64,000 bases of DNA from Carcharhinus amblyrhynchos (lineage: Eukaryota): contig OZ336887.1 in assembly GCA_965287045.1 (NCBI GenBank), positions 26,660,001 through 26,724,000 on the forward strand, read 5' to 3'. Under the pieces are notes generated by a model that saw only the letters and a program-made list of their open reading frames with translations, was not told the origin of the DNA and did not search any database. Position 1 is the stretch's first letter; each line of letters begins with the position of its first letter. A program made the position numbers and the translations under genes. Shown here piece by piece: positions 50,985 to 64,000 of this stretch.

Positions 50985-52995
50985 AACACACAGCAGTACA
51001 GCACAGTACAAGCCCTTCGGCCTCAATGATGTGCCAAGCTATGTCTAAATCCAAGATCAAGCTATCCCACTCCCGATCATTCTGGTGTGCTCCATGTGCC
51101 TAACCAATAACCGCTTGAAAGTTCCTAAAGTGTCCGACTCCACTATCACAGCAGACAGTGTATTCCACATCCCAACCACTCTCTGAGTGAAGAATCTACC
51201 TCAAACGTCCCTCCTGTAACTCCCACCATTAACCTTATAGTTATGCCCCCTAGTAACAGCTACATCTACCCGAAGTAATAGTCTCTGCACGTCCACTCTA
51301 TCTATCCCCCTCATCATCTTCTAAACCTTTTAAGTTGCCTCTCATCCTCCTCTGCTCCAAAGAGAAAAGCCCTAGCTCCCTAAACCTTTCCTCATAAGAC
51401 CTACTATCCAAACCAGGCAGCATCTTGGTAAATCTCCTCTGCACTTTCTCCAATGCTTCCACATCCTTCTTATAGTGAGGTGACCAGAACTGCACACAAT
51501 ATTCCAAATGCGGCCTCACCAAGGTCCAGTAGAGTTGCAGCATAACTCCACGGCTCTTAAACTCAAACCCCCTGTTAATAAATGCTAACACTATAAACCT
51601 TCTCCATGGCTATGAGTGGCAACCTTCAGAGGTCTGTGAATATGAGCCCCAAGATCTCTGTTCCTCCACATTCCTCAGAATTCTACTGTTGGCCCTGTAA
51701 TCTGCATTCAAGTTTGCCCTACCAAAATGAGTCACCTCGCCTTTATCAGGGTTAAACTCCATCTGTCACTTTTCGGCCCAGCTCTGCATCCTATCAATGT
51801 CCCTTTGCAGCCTGCAAGAACCCTCCACCTCATCCACTACTCCACCAATCTTGGTGTCATCAGCAAATTTACTAACCCACCCTTCAGCCCCCTCTTCCAA
51901 ATCATTGATAAAAAAAAATCACAAATAGCAGTGGACCCAGCACTGATCCCTGTGGTACACCGCTAGTAACTGACCTCCAGTCTGAAAATTTTCCTTCCAC
52001 CACCCTCTGTCTTCTATGAGACAGCCAGTTACTTATCCAATCGGCCAAATTTTCTTCTATCCCACACCTCCTTACCTTCTTCATGAGCCTACCATGGAGA
52101 ACCTTATCAAATGCCTTACTAAAATCCATGTATACGACATCAACTGCTCTACCTCATCTACGCACTTAGTTACCTCCTCAAAGAATTTAGTCAAATTTGT
52201 GAGGCAGGACTTGCCTCTCACGAAACCATGCTGATTGTCCCGGATTAAGCTGCATCTTTCCAAATGGTCATAAATCCTATTTCTCAGGACCCTTTCCATT
52301 AACTTATGACCACCAAAGTAAAATTAACTGGCCTATAATTACCAGAGTCATTCCTATTTCCTCTCGGAGAACAACATTCGCCCTCTCCAGTCCTCTGGCA
52401 CAATCCCCGTGGACAGTGAGGACCCAAAGATCAAAGCTAAAGACTCCACAATCTCATCCCTTGTCTCCCAAAGTATCCTAGGATGTATCCCATCTGGCCA
52501 AGGGAACTTATGGACCCTCAGGTTTTTCAAAATTGCTAATACATCTTCCCTCAGAACATCTACCTTCTCCATCGCATCAGCCTGTATCACACACTCATCC
52601 TCAAAAACTCATCCTCACTAAGGCCCCTCTCCTTAGTGAGCACTGAAGAAAAGTATTCATTCAACACCTCAGCTATCTCTTCTGACTCCATGCACAAGTT
52701 CCCACTACTATCCTTGACTGGCCCTAACCTCACACTGGTCATTCTTTTATTTCTCATATAAGAGTAAAAAGCCTTGGGGTTTTCTTTTATCCGACCCACC
52801 AAGGACTTCTCATGCCCCTCCTAGCTCTCCTAAGCCCTTTTTTAAAAACTCATTCCTAGCTACCACGTAACCCTCAAGCGACCTAACTGAACCTTGTTTT
52901 TTCATCCTTACATTCGCTTCCTTTTTCCTCTTGACAAGACATTCAACCTCCTTTGTGAAGCATGGTTCCCTCACTTGGCCATTTCCTCCCTGCCT
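50985..52995 (-). mobile_element. ~2 kb CR1-type LINE ORF2 (RT domain through 3' tail), frameshifted
   Basis: [69 protein letters not shown] in successive frames. Confidence 0.92.
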
Positions 52996-53046
52996 GCCAG
53001 GGTGGAAATAATAAAAGGGAAATCTTTTAGGATAAAAAGGAGAGAG

Positions 53047-53346
53047 TGGGCAGCACAGTGGCACAGTTAGCACTGCTGCCCCACAGCACCAGGGACCTGG
53101 ATTTAGTTCCGGCTTTGGATCACTGTCTGAGGAGTCTGCATGTTCTCCCTGTGTTTCCTCCAGGTGTTCTGGTTTCCTTCCATAGTCCAAAGATGTGCGG
53201 GTTAGGTTGATTGGTCAATGCTAAATTGCCCCTTAGTATCAGGGGGATTGGCAGCGTAAATATGTAGGGTTATGGGGATAGGGCCTGGGTGGTATTGTGG
53301 TTGGTGCAGTCTCAATGTGCCAAACTGCACTGTAGGGATTTTATGA
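53047..53346 (+). mobile_element. HE1/V-SINE-like SINE
   Basis: Head, central domain and tail present. Confidence 0.82.
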
Positions 53347-55458
53347 TTAAGTGGCAAAGACATCCTTGAACACAAGGCAAAGGGAGTGTAATGATAATAA
53401 AGAAACAAAGTATTTGTCCAGAGCAAGAACAATTCACTATGTCCCAACCTCTTCCTCTCTCCTAAGTGCCACTTATTACCATAACATTCACCAATCTCTG
53501 GCTCACAGTATCCCGATTTGTGTTCACTTGCACTGTCACCTTTGACCCTTCAGTTTAGTTTCTTCATTAAAACACATCAGTCCAGGTCAATTTTATCAAA
53601 ATGCCATTTCCTTGGCTTTACATTTACAGTTTGCTCAGAACCACTCATGACCGTGTCCATCCACATACAAGAGCCAAGAATAATTATCATTGTTCTACAA
53701 CCAGACCCTGAGGTGCAAGATACAATTTCCAGGGCACGGAAAATTCCACAAATCAGAATTGCCATTTGTGATTTTCTTCCAATACCTTAATTTTACATCA
53801 AAACGAAAGAATGCTTATGAAAGTATACCTCTGTGGCTTTGAATATTTGTTCGTGTATTTCCAAAATCTGTGCTTGCATCATATTTCACTCTTTCAATGC
53901 GTAATTATTTTACAATAATAATAAATACATTTTGTCCCAAATGCCTGCCCATATTTTCATGAGCCTCTGGCTAAAGTAAGCTTGCAATTTCTTCATTGAC
54001 GAGTTTAGCTGCTAACATTTGTAGAGTTGTGCACTACTATAGCTGTCACCCTTTGTAAAACGGTAAGCAAAGTTCCGAACTGCCTGCTTTGATCTTTGAG
54101 GTGGATTGTGTCACTATTCAAAGAAGAGATTGACATTCTCCTAGTTTCCTGGCCAGGACCACCAAAACGGACCAACTGGTCTTTCACCTCTCTGCTGTTT
54201 AGGTTACTGCATTTTCTACAGAAGAGTCACTGAACTTCAAAATAATTAATTGTATATGAAGTGATTGGAAATGTTTGAATCGTGCACTGTATACACTTTT
54301 TTGCCTCTCTCCAAATTGGTGATCCAACAAAACACTGTTATCGTCAGCATTTATTAATCTTAAAACATAGCTGGGGCACTTATTAGAGGGAACAGCCTAG
54401 GATTAAATAGATAAGCACGTGCAGTGCGAGAATCCAAGACACCAAATATTACACTTACTAAAATATTAAAGTAAGGATATTGGAATTTGGTCAACTCATT
54501 TAATGTCACTTTCATATATTTGATTCTTTTCTAAATTAGACTGAAATACCAACTACAGTATACTGTTTAAGTGATAAGAACATACGAATTGGAGAAGTAG
54601 ATCATATGGCCCTTCGAGCCTGCTCTTCCTTTCAACATGATCATTGCTGATCTTCTGCCTCAACTTCAATTTCCTGCCCAATTCCACTTCCCTCGATTCC
54701 TTAAGATATCAGATTCAGTCCATCTCAATCTTAAATATATTCAACAAAGAAACAGCCACAGCCCTCTGGGGAAGAGAATTCCAAAGACTGAATCAAATTT
54801 GTTTTGGAAATAGAGACTTTAAGGTGATAGAATTGGAATGTCTGTAATTTTGAAGAAGATTAACTAAACTAATTCAGCCAACTTATTCACAATGTATAAC
54901 GCCCCAGAATTAGGGGAGATGCATTTAATAAAATAAATTAGTAGAGAGGAAAATCAGATCAACTCTTTATTCAGAAAAAAGGCATTACATTTGTATAGGA
55001 CTAGAAGACCACAGAAATAAGATGAAAACTGGAACAAAAGGCGATTAGATGCTTTTCTGGTATGAGAAAGAAAAGTCAATGCTATTGCATTTTATAGTAT
55101 TTTCCATTCATAACCATTTTTACTTTGAGGTATTGTATACTGATATTGCCAAACTCTGCAAGGGCAATACCATCTACACCAGATAGGAGATACTTTGCTC
55201 ATGTTGAATTGTCTTATGAGAGCTTGACGAGAATGTTGAATCAGTTTTATGAGCCCAAGTTTTTCAAAGGTCTAGTGGACTGAACATGCATTCTGATCCA
55301 TACAAATGAAAAGGGCCAGATTTAATTTTTGATCTGCATCAAGTTGGCTAAGCTCAATCAAGCTTTTAGCTGGGTCACATTTTCCTCAATTCCTCTCGGC
55401 TAGAGAGGAGAAAACAAAATCTAATGATCAGAACTGTCTGCTGAAAACAACACATATG

Positions 55459-56389
55459 GGACGGAATTCTTCCAAAAAAATTCAAAGTGTTGAATTCATG
55501 TGAAAACTGGAGTAATTCACACTGGTTTATTCAGTGGAAGTACAGAGAAGAATCTCCCACACTCTGTGCACTGCAGAGGCCACCAGCATGAATATTTTTA
55601 AATTTCAGGGGGCAGGGCCTATTCATGCTGGAGAGGCTGAAGATCTGTGCATGCACAGTGGTCCCGCACTGCCAGCTTCCTGGCCAGCTCGATTGCTGGC
55701 CAGCCCTGTGACCCCTGTAATGCCGGGTCTCTGCACCCCCATGGCCCAATCGCTGGCCCCCTGACCATTCCCAGGTCCAGCCCCAACACCTCTCCCCACT
55801 GCAATCTCCAGCCCCCTCCTCCCCAAACTGACCCCCTTTCCCCAAACTGACCCCCTTTCCCCAGCCCATCCTGTTCGCTGGCCTCCCTCCTTTCCCCATC
55901 GATCACACGGCAGCAACCCCACTGTCTGCCTCCTAGGTTCTGCCCCCACATGCTCCACTCTATGCCCAATGGGCAGTGGCAAGGTGCCCCTGGGCATTGG
56001 CACTTTGTCCTTTGGGCAGTGCCAGGGGGCCCAGGCTGGCACTGCCAGGGTGCCAATGCCCAGGGGCACCTCCCCCCTTCCACCTGACCCTCTGGGGGCC
56101 CTGATTGCCCCCCCCTTCATTCCAGCAGGATCAGGCTGCTAGCTCCCTGAAACTGGGGAGCGTGTATAAACCCCGCTGGTGAGAAATACTCTGGCAGGGT
56201 GGGAGACACTAGCAGGCCCAGAGACATCAGTCCTGGGCCTGCTAATGATATTAAAATGACTATTTAAATATTCTGTGCATCTCTCCTCTGATTTCCAGAG
56301 AGGTGACACTGCCGCCAAGACATAAGCAGGGCGCAAACGCTCATGCAAACCTCACGAATTGGCCGCTGTGGGATGGGAGAATCACGGCC
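55459..56389. mobile_element. Non-autonomous DNA transposon (PIF/Harbinger-like MITE candidate)
   Basis: Imperfect TIRs GGACGGAATTCT / AGAATCACGGCC (9 of 12 match), 3-bp ATG duplicated at 55456-55458 and 56390-56392, GC-rich interior with palindromic TGCCC..GGGCA motifs. Confidence 0.6.
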
Positions 56390-56771
56390 ATGGTCTTTGG
56401 GCAAGAAGAGGATTGGCTTCACTGTGATGTTTTCCGTTATCAAATGGTCAACCAATACTTGCTATTTAGACTAATACATGAAGACTGGGGACTCAAAAAG
56501 GGTGACTGCGAGTCAGCCCCATTAGGAGAGAAAAACTGGGACAAAAACTTTCACTGATTCAGGGCACATTGAACCTTACATGGAGCTTTGCTCTGCAATG
56601 CTGGTAGAACACTCTGGAACCACTCATCTTGCCCGACAACATACCACAATACAGGTCAGAAGTAAATATGCTTAAATTTAACTGAAAAGTGAAGTTAACT
56701 GTACACTAAAATAATTATCGTTATTGATTGTTTTTCTGGCACATTATTGTGTTTAATTTAGCACATCTTAC

Positions 56772-56831
56772 CTCAGTGAGCCCCTTGATCTTTAGGTATC
56801 CACAGAGAAAGGAGTTTTCCATGTCAACGTG
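56772..56831 (-). CDS. GID4: GID4 (CTLH/GID E3 ligase Pro/N-degron receptor) coding exon 2, 60 nt; exon 1 not found in window
   Basis: HVDMENSFLCGYLKIKGLTE; TTTCTGTAG acceptor, GTAAGA donor. Confidence 0.95.
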
Positions 56832-59800
56832 CTACAGAAATAAACAAACGAGTATTCAGAATTTGCTTTGCTTGCAATTACCAAAACAATCAGAGCCATG
56901 GAAAGTTATTTAGATAGACAAGGGGATTAGGGGAATGTTTTTAGGCAGAGATATTAAGATCTTGAACATTTTGCCATGGAAAGTGTTGAAGAGACCTTTG
57001 TACCCTTCAAGAGAAAATAACCATGGGATAAGTATTTGAAATTAAGCAAAATGCAGAGTTATGGGGAGTGTGCAGAGCATAAGTCTTGGATTAATCTAGC
57101 AAAGAGCCTGCATACACTTGATGAAACGGAAATAACCTCTGACATGTTAATGATTGCCAATACTTATCAAGAAAAAAAGTGCAATGTTTTCTCCTTTCTC
57201 TTGGAAATACTGAGCTATGTCAGGGACAATTCCATTGTTATCATCTCACATTGAGTGTACAGAAATAAATAAGTTACAAGGGCATACGGCCCATCCAATC
57301 TATCTTAGCATTCATGCTCCATGTAAGCAAATAGTTATAATTAGATTAAGCACCTTGGTCCCACTATCTCATCATCCTTTCTTCCTTAACCCATCCATTT
57401 AATCTAATCTTGAATAATGATAATTACTGCCTCGAGCACCAGCCCTGGAAATAAATTTCAAATTTTCACAACTGCATGTGGAGAAGTTTCTCTTGCCCTC
57501 TCTACATTTCCTCATGGAATGCCTAACCTGTCCAATCACTTCACTTTTTTTAAATACCATGATATTGTCCAAAAGACTCAATTTTTAAAAAGTCTCTTGA
57601 TATTTGTATTCCTTCACACCTGGCCATGTCCTGCAAAATCCGCGTTGCAACCTCTCAACCTCAATATCCTTGATTTTGGTCACAAGGAATCCACAGAGGA
57701 GAGTTCCATCAGAGTATTTATAGCTTCTGCTCAAAACTTCGGAGTTCATTTTGCAACTTTCGAGTTTGAAACTGTCCTTTACTCGTTATAAGCTTAACGA
57801 CACAAACAACTTCCACATTTTAAATGGACAAAGCTGCCAATTGTACTTTTATGTGTTTCTTCTCATCTTAAGTAAATGCAGTAAAAACATACATGCCATC
57901 CTGCTAGTTACATAATTTGATTTCATTTCTGAAGCTGAGAGCCACAGTCTATAATATCACTAACAGAATAAAGCACCATTAAACAATGACTAACTATAGT
58001 GAGTTGTAAGGGAGATATACAGATTAGCCTACAGGAATCACAGTGCCAGACCCACCTTCCCATCACTATGATCAGAGAAGCTGCTTTGTCAAAATGTCAT
58101 GAATACATACCTCTGCTTTAACTCATTTTCGTCAAGTCCAATTTTTGCCCAAACCATCCCACAGCATGAGTGACTGAGTGAAATTACACAACCATCTCCA
58201 CTGGGATACAAGTGTCATTGCATGCATAATTTCTCAGTGAAAATGATGGCTGGAAAATGTGAAAAGTTCCAAAAACAGTTTGGCTAGCAGTAAATTATAA
58301 AGCTGTCAGTCAGCTGAGCAATTTGTATCACATTAAAAACTGGAAAAACGCTAAGCAAAGGGTAGAATGATTTACAGTTGCAGGATCTATCTGCCCATTT
58401 ATTTAATCTTGTGCATTTCAAAACTCTACATGTAGTGGTTAAGTTCATCAGCATTTTAGTAATGTGAAATCCACCAAAACATACTTGTAGATAGTATAAT
58501 GTTGGCACAGCTGTTCATACTAGGATCTCACTAGAAGTCAAATGTATGTACTTATTAACAAGGGTTTGGAAATGGATTTTTTTTTGGAAAAGTTTAATCT
58601 GAGGCTTACCAATGGGCACAGTTTGGGTATGGTGTGAAATTGTTATGGCATAAGATCAATGGCCAGAGATTGCAAATTCATGTCCTTCACTGCAACTTCA
58701 AAAATTGAATTTGTGGGTATGGAAGCAAACCAGATTGTTGCAAAAGTGCAGCCAATGTCCAATAGACAGTCTTGCCATTCTTACATGGCATTCCTGCATG
58801 GTTTGGCCAACATGCAGACAATGTGGGTGGCTCTTAATGTCTTTAGAAGTGGTCAACCAATACACTCAGTTGTACAAGTAGTAGCTTCAAATAGAAGACT
58901 TACTTATTCAGGGTAATTAGGAAAATAAATGCAGCCCCGTATTCCCCACATCCAGAGAATAAGATAATGCCAGTGGCACAGTATAACAGAGCCAAAAGAG
59001 GACTCGGCATCTGAAGGTTCACAACAGTAGAAATGGTACTTTGGTACTACAAGCCCATTCAAGTAATTTCAATAAACTATGTGGCGTAGCTACATATAAA
59101 TCCCCAACAACAGAGTTTCTGGCAAGGAGCGGCAATCTAGCAAATGAGTCAATGAGGTCTGCAAACTACAGCAAATCTTCTGCAATTTGTAATGTTCTCA
59201 ATGCTGTTTAATGACCATCTGTACCAGGCAGCAAAGGTTATTCTTTATAATTAACAACTAAAAAGTGAGTGAAAAGTAACTTCCTCACAGAGGAAATTGG
59301 ATAAAAGTTGCTCCAAATGGCAGAAGATATAAAAGGCAATAAAAAGGAAGAGCAATGTCAGTGAATGTTTATAAGTGACACAACTTCCTTTTAAATTGAG
59401 AAACCTTGGAGAAAAGCCAAAGCTTCAAAACCAAAACTGAAAATAGGACACAAATTAGCAGCTTTGAGACACTAATTTTAGGTTTCAAAAGGCTGTAGCC
59501 ATAGGATGAAGGAAAAACAAAGTTTTGACATCAGCATTGTTTTTTCTGGGGGTACAGTCAAATACAAAAGAAATTTACATAAAATTAATTACTTTTAAAA
59601 ACGTTAGAAGAATGTTCAGTGGTTTCCACTTTTGGCACCAAAATGTTTGCAAAGCAACAATTTGATCCATTGCAAGGCTCCTCCTTCTGTCCCAATGCTT
59701 ATACAAGTGTTCCCCTTCATTCATGTGACAACTCCAATTCCCATACAAGCCAGCCTTCTGCCTTATTGAGCGAAGCTGCCAAGTTAAGAAAATATATTTT

Positions 59801-61179
59801 TATGTTGATTTAAAGTGAAAATTGCTGTCACATCCTATACATATAAAGATTTGTGTCAAATGTAGTTCACATACAGGTCAGAATGGGAACACAACTCAAA
59901 TTCCCAGCTTTTACTCTTGTTCCAAAAACAGTTGGCACACGACAACATGCCAAATTACCAAGTTCAACCTGTGTAGAAACAGGTAAACTTGTGCAACAAG
60001 ATAGGGTTTCACTGCATCATATTGTTGGCAATAATTATTAGTTAAAATTTTTGTCCCAGTTGAGTCAATAAAACTCAGCCAGCACACTATTACAAGCATT
60101 TCAATTCATTTCAGCAACTTGGCCAAGGGAGGGGGTATCTCATCTATGATTTCCATTTTGTCTTCCAATGTCCAGTTTCCAAAACATGTGTGTAAGTACA
60201 AAATATGATCAGGATCAACTGTGATGCCTAGCCTACTGACAATCACTGTTAGAGTCACATGTTAAAACATTTTGCACTATAGGATGAAGGGAAGCCATAG
60301 GCTAGGCAGGACTTCCAGGGTTTTCAGACCATATGAAAGAATGGGATAGAAAATATTGGGCAATGGCTGAGCATTAATTGTGAGACTGCAAGGAGGAGAG
60401 AGAAGGTACAATAACTTGGAACAAGAGCGAAGTCAAAGGAGCAGTGACAATAGTTGCACTGATAAAATGTACTGAAGACAAACAAAAATGGATCAAGTTT
60501 TGATGAAGACTATTTCTCCTTGGAGAAACACAGTGAAGCAAATTACAAACAAAGGAGGGCATAGCTTTCTTTAATAACGTTCTATTATTTGTGGTCATGA
60601 GGTATGCCAATGCAGTCTAACTGAACAGATTTTCTTTCCCTATAGCGCCATTCTGGATCCACCTGGAACCTCCCCAAAACAGCAAAATCCAGATCGTTAG
60701 TATATCACCAGGTGAATTTCAGACACAAGTACACTGCATCCCTCTATAAAGCACAGCAGACTGAAGCTTGAAATACAATCATATCAAAACTTTGCACAGC
60801 GATGTCCAATCTGACCATATGCAGCCTACAAAGCCAATCCATTCAGTTCTATTTGAATTGACATTTCTTAGTTGTCGACTTGTCTGATTTGAATTTTGAG
60901 CCTTTGCAAAATCTGTTTGCCATACCGTTGCCTTATTGGTGGATAAGTCCTAAATCAGAACACCAAGATCTCTTAATACCAGCAACTTTAGATATTCAAA
61001 AAATACTGAATTAGGATTTAAGTTGCAAATCCTAGTTTTCAATTAAGGGTATTTTACCAGAGTGCAGCAGATGGCTAGTTTCAAATCTCTATTGGCACCA
61101 GACCAATAATAAAATGATTTGCATGGTGCAGATTATTCACTCCTATACCTTCCTGGCTAACACTCAAGCACTATTTTTT

Positions 61180-61740
61180 GCTTCAATCAGGCTGGTGGTT
61201 GCTGAAAAACTCCACGTTTACGTGAAGAATTTATCATTACTCATATTGGAATATTTTGATGTGTATTCAGCCTAATTATAGAGGCTGCTACCCTTGGAAC
61301 AAACTCTCAAGATCCACTCTAAATAAACTACAACTCAAAAATTCCTATCGCCTGCATCCTATCATGCTTCAAGAAATTTCGCTATTATATTTGTCTTTGC
61401 AAAGCTTCACTCACCTTCCAATGATAATTGCCTTTCCCTCCATCTGCAACCTCCACCATCCCACATTCCAGGTTAATGTCTGATCTTCCAACTCCAGTTT
61501 TTTCTTTGCATTCCTCTTTCTCCACTCTGACTTTAGTAGCACAACCTTCAGCCATCTGGAGCCCCATCCTGAAGCCCCTCAAAACTGTTAGCATTCTCCC
61601 TCATTAAAAAGCTACTTTAAAACATACTTCTTGATATATGTTCGCCTCCCCATATTTTTCTTCTAGCATTTCTCCACATTCTTTTTCATCTGTATGAAGT
61701 ATTTTGGGATATCTTACTATATTTAGCTGTTTATAATACA
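61180..61740 (+). mobile_element. Old L2-like LINE 3' remnant
   Basis: Degenerate ...CCTTCAGCCATC...TTAAAACATACTTCTTGA typical of L2 3' ends; similar remnant at ~12600-12900. Confidence 0.45.
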
Positions 61741-62726
61741 TGTTATCTTTCTGACCACTGGCAGGTCCTAAATGCTAAAAGAAAACCAACCAATTAGTTT
61801 GTAAGGCAGGCTTCATAGTATCAGTCTACAAATAAAGGTGAATTTGTATGTCCAAAACTACTTCACCAGACACTGGCCAGATTAGTCTGGCAACAGCTAT
61901 GAAAGTCACTTTTTACTGCTTAGTGGTATCCCAAAACAACCCCAGCTGGTCCATTATGGACACTGACAGCAAAGCCAGTATTGCTGACTATACAAAGTTG
62001 CCATGTCCTGTTTACAAATTCCTGCATTGTAAAGGTAACACACCTTTTATTCATGTTAAGGACAGAAAATCTGAAAGACACTGAAATAACTGCAGTCACA
62101 AATACACATGGCCACTATGACTCCAACCACAAAATTCATAAACACTAAATAAGAGTGGGTCACACCATATGACGTTTAGAAAGCCACTTTGATTTGACCC
62201 CCTAGTACATACAGACAATGAGTGAAACATCTTTCCACTGGCCAAGTTAAAAATTCAATTCAAACTTCTTTTTACGGATTTAGGTTTGACTCACCACGAT
62301 CTATTTAGTGCAATCATGTGAAGCAATCAAAAAAGTCAGCAAAACAAACATTTTATGAGCATGTCCAACTTTGATGAGTTATCATTATTATATCCAGTAG
62401 CTTGTCAAGATCTATCCACAACACTGGAGGTTCAATGCATACCTCAAGCAGCAGGATAAGTCTAAGTGACAGATTCTGAAATGCTCAGCAATCACCAGTA
62501 GTAAGGCTGTACTTAAAATGAGTTCCAACAAAATATGATAAACCTGAAATATAAACTCCCCATTCGACTCTCCACAGGTGATACCAGATTAGTTGAATAT
62601 TTCTAGCATTCTCTTTTATTTTTTAGATTTTAGCAGTAATTTGCTTTTTGTTTGATTGTTTAATTCGCTATCACTTATCTTTCAGGAATCGTTCTGCCCT
62701 TCTTTGTGATGTGATTACGTGTGTGT

Positions 62727-63048
62727 GAGGCACAGTAGCACAGTGGTTAGCACTGCTGCTTCACAGCTCCAGGGACCTGGGATCGATTCCTGGCTTGGGT
62801 CACTGTCTGTGTGGAGTTTGCACATTCTCCTTGTGTCTGTGTGGGTTTCCTTTGGGTGCTCCGGTTTCCTCCCAAAGTCCAAAGATATGTGGGTTAGGTT
62901 GATTGGCCATGCTAAAATTGCCCCTTAGTGTCCTGCGATGCTTAGATTAGAGGGATTAGCAGGCAAAATATGTAGGGATATGGGGATAGGGCCTGGTCGG
63001 GATTATGGTCAGTGCAGACTCGATGGGCCAAATGGCCTCTTTCTGTAG
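62727..63048 (+). mobile_element. HE1/V-SINE-like SINE
   Basis: Closely similar to the 10897 copy; tail abuts a CR1 3' end. Confidence 0.85.
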
Positions 63049-64000
63049 AACATAGAAAAACTACAGCACAAACAGGCCCTTCAGCCCACGAGTCGCACCA
63101 ATCACATCCCTACCTACTAGGCTTACCTATAACCCTCAATCCTATTAAGTCCCATGTACTCATCCAGAAGTCTCTTAAAAGGCCCAAATGAATTTGCCTC
63201 CACCACCACTGACAGCAGCCGATTCCACTCACCCACCAGCCTCTGAGTGAAAAACTTATCCCTGACATCTCCTATGTATCTACTCCCCGCACCTTAAACC
63301 TGTGTCCTCTTGTAGCAACCATTTCAGCCCTGGGAAAAAGCCTCCAAGAATCCACTCGATCTATACCTCTCAACATCTTAAAGACCTCTATCAGGTCACC
63401 TCTCATCTTTTGTATCTCCAAGGAGAAAAGACCAAGCTCCCTCAACCTATCCGCGTAAGGCACGCCACCCAATACAGACAACATCCTTGTAAATCTCCTC
63501 TGCACCCTTTCAATAGCTTCCACATCCCTCCTGTAACGAGACAACTAGAACTGAGCACAGTACTCCAAGTGGGGTCTGACTAGGGTCTTATACTGCTTCA
63601 GCATTATCTCCCGACTCCTAAACTTAATCCCTCAATTGATGAAGGCCAGTACACCATAAGACTACTTAACCACATCCTCTACCTGCGAGGCCGATTTAAG
63701 AGTCCTATGGACCCGGACCCCAAGGTCCTTCTGATCCTCTACACTGCTAAGAGTCTTACCCTTGATATTATACTCCTTCATCCCATTTGACCTGCCAAAA
63801 TGGACCACTACACATTTATCCGGGTTCAAGTCCATCTACCACTTATCCACCCAGTCTTGCATCCTATCTATGTTGCGCTGCAACTTCTGACATCCCTCCC
63901 AACTATCCACCACACCACCAACCTTCGTGTCGTCAGCAAACTTACCAACCCATCCCTTCACTTCCTCATCCAGGTCATTTATGAAAATTACGAACAGCAA
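63045..64000 (-). mobile_element. CR1-type LINE 3' part (runs off window)
   Basis: KFADDTKVGG, RRDVEAIERVQRRFTRML, MRGDLIEVFKML; TTCTATGTTTCTA tail. Confidence 0.9.

Noticed and set aside
55531-56120. Overlapping 120-165 aa Gly/Trp/Pro-rich ORFs
   Set aside because: GC-rich interior of a MITE-like repeat; no recognisable domain or exon structure.
56832-64000. GID4 exon 1 (...[26 protein letters not shown]) and its promoter
   Set aside because: No such coding sequence or CpG island seen; probably right of the window.

Overview
Vertebrate genomic DNA, most likely from a shark or other elasmobranch (inferred from HE1/V-SINE-like and DeuSINE-like repeats and dense CR1 LINEs). Two intron-rich genes lie in tandem on the minus strand. 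GID4 coding exons 2-6 run from 56831 down to the stop at 29087, with a ~2.3 kb 3'UTR ending near 26.8 kb; exon 1 was not found and is probably beyond 64000. DRG2 coding exons 1-11 run from the ATG at 24969 down to 5386; exons 12-13 were not found and are probably below position 1. All exon boundaries were read by hand, have GT/AG ends and join in frame. DRG2 intron 7 is a U12 (minor-spliceosome) GT-AG intron. Most of the rest is transposon-derived: young and old CR1 LINEs, Rex/Babar and L2 fragments, several SINE families, a decayed Gypsy gag-protease with a putative LTR, Penelope-like elements and a MITE. The most interesting items are (1) two tiny TSD-flanked Penelope-like fold-back elements, one with an intact minimal hammerhead-ribozyme core and a 92-bp hairpin inside the U12 intron; (2) a non-repetitive, CpG-retaining island in GID4 intron 4 with a candidate cassette exon and nested U2/U12-like splice signals; (3) a G-rich higher-order minisatellite abutting DRG2 exon 1; (4) a ~120-bp direct repeat bracketing DRG2 exon 3. 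I see no convincing evidence for a wholly new biological system. Almost all supplied ORFs are repeat fragments or noise.
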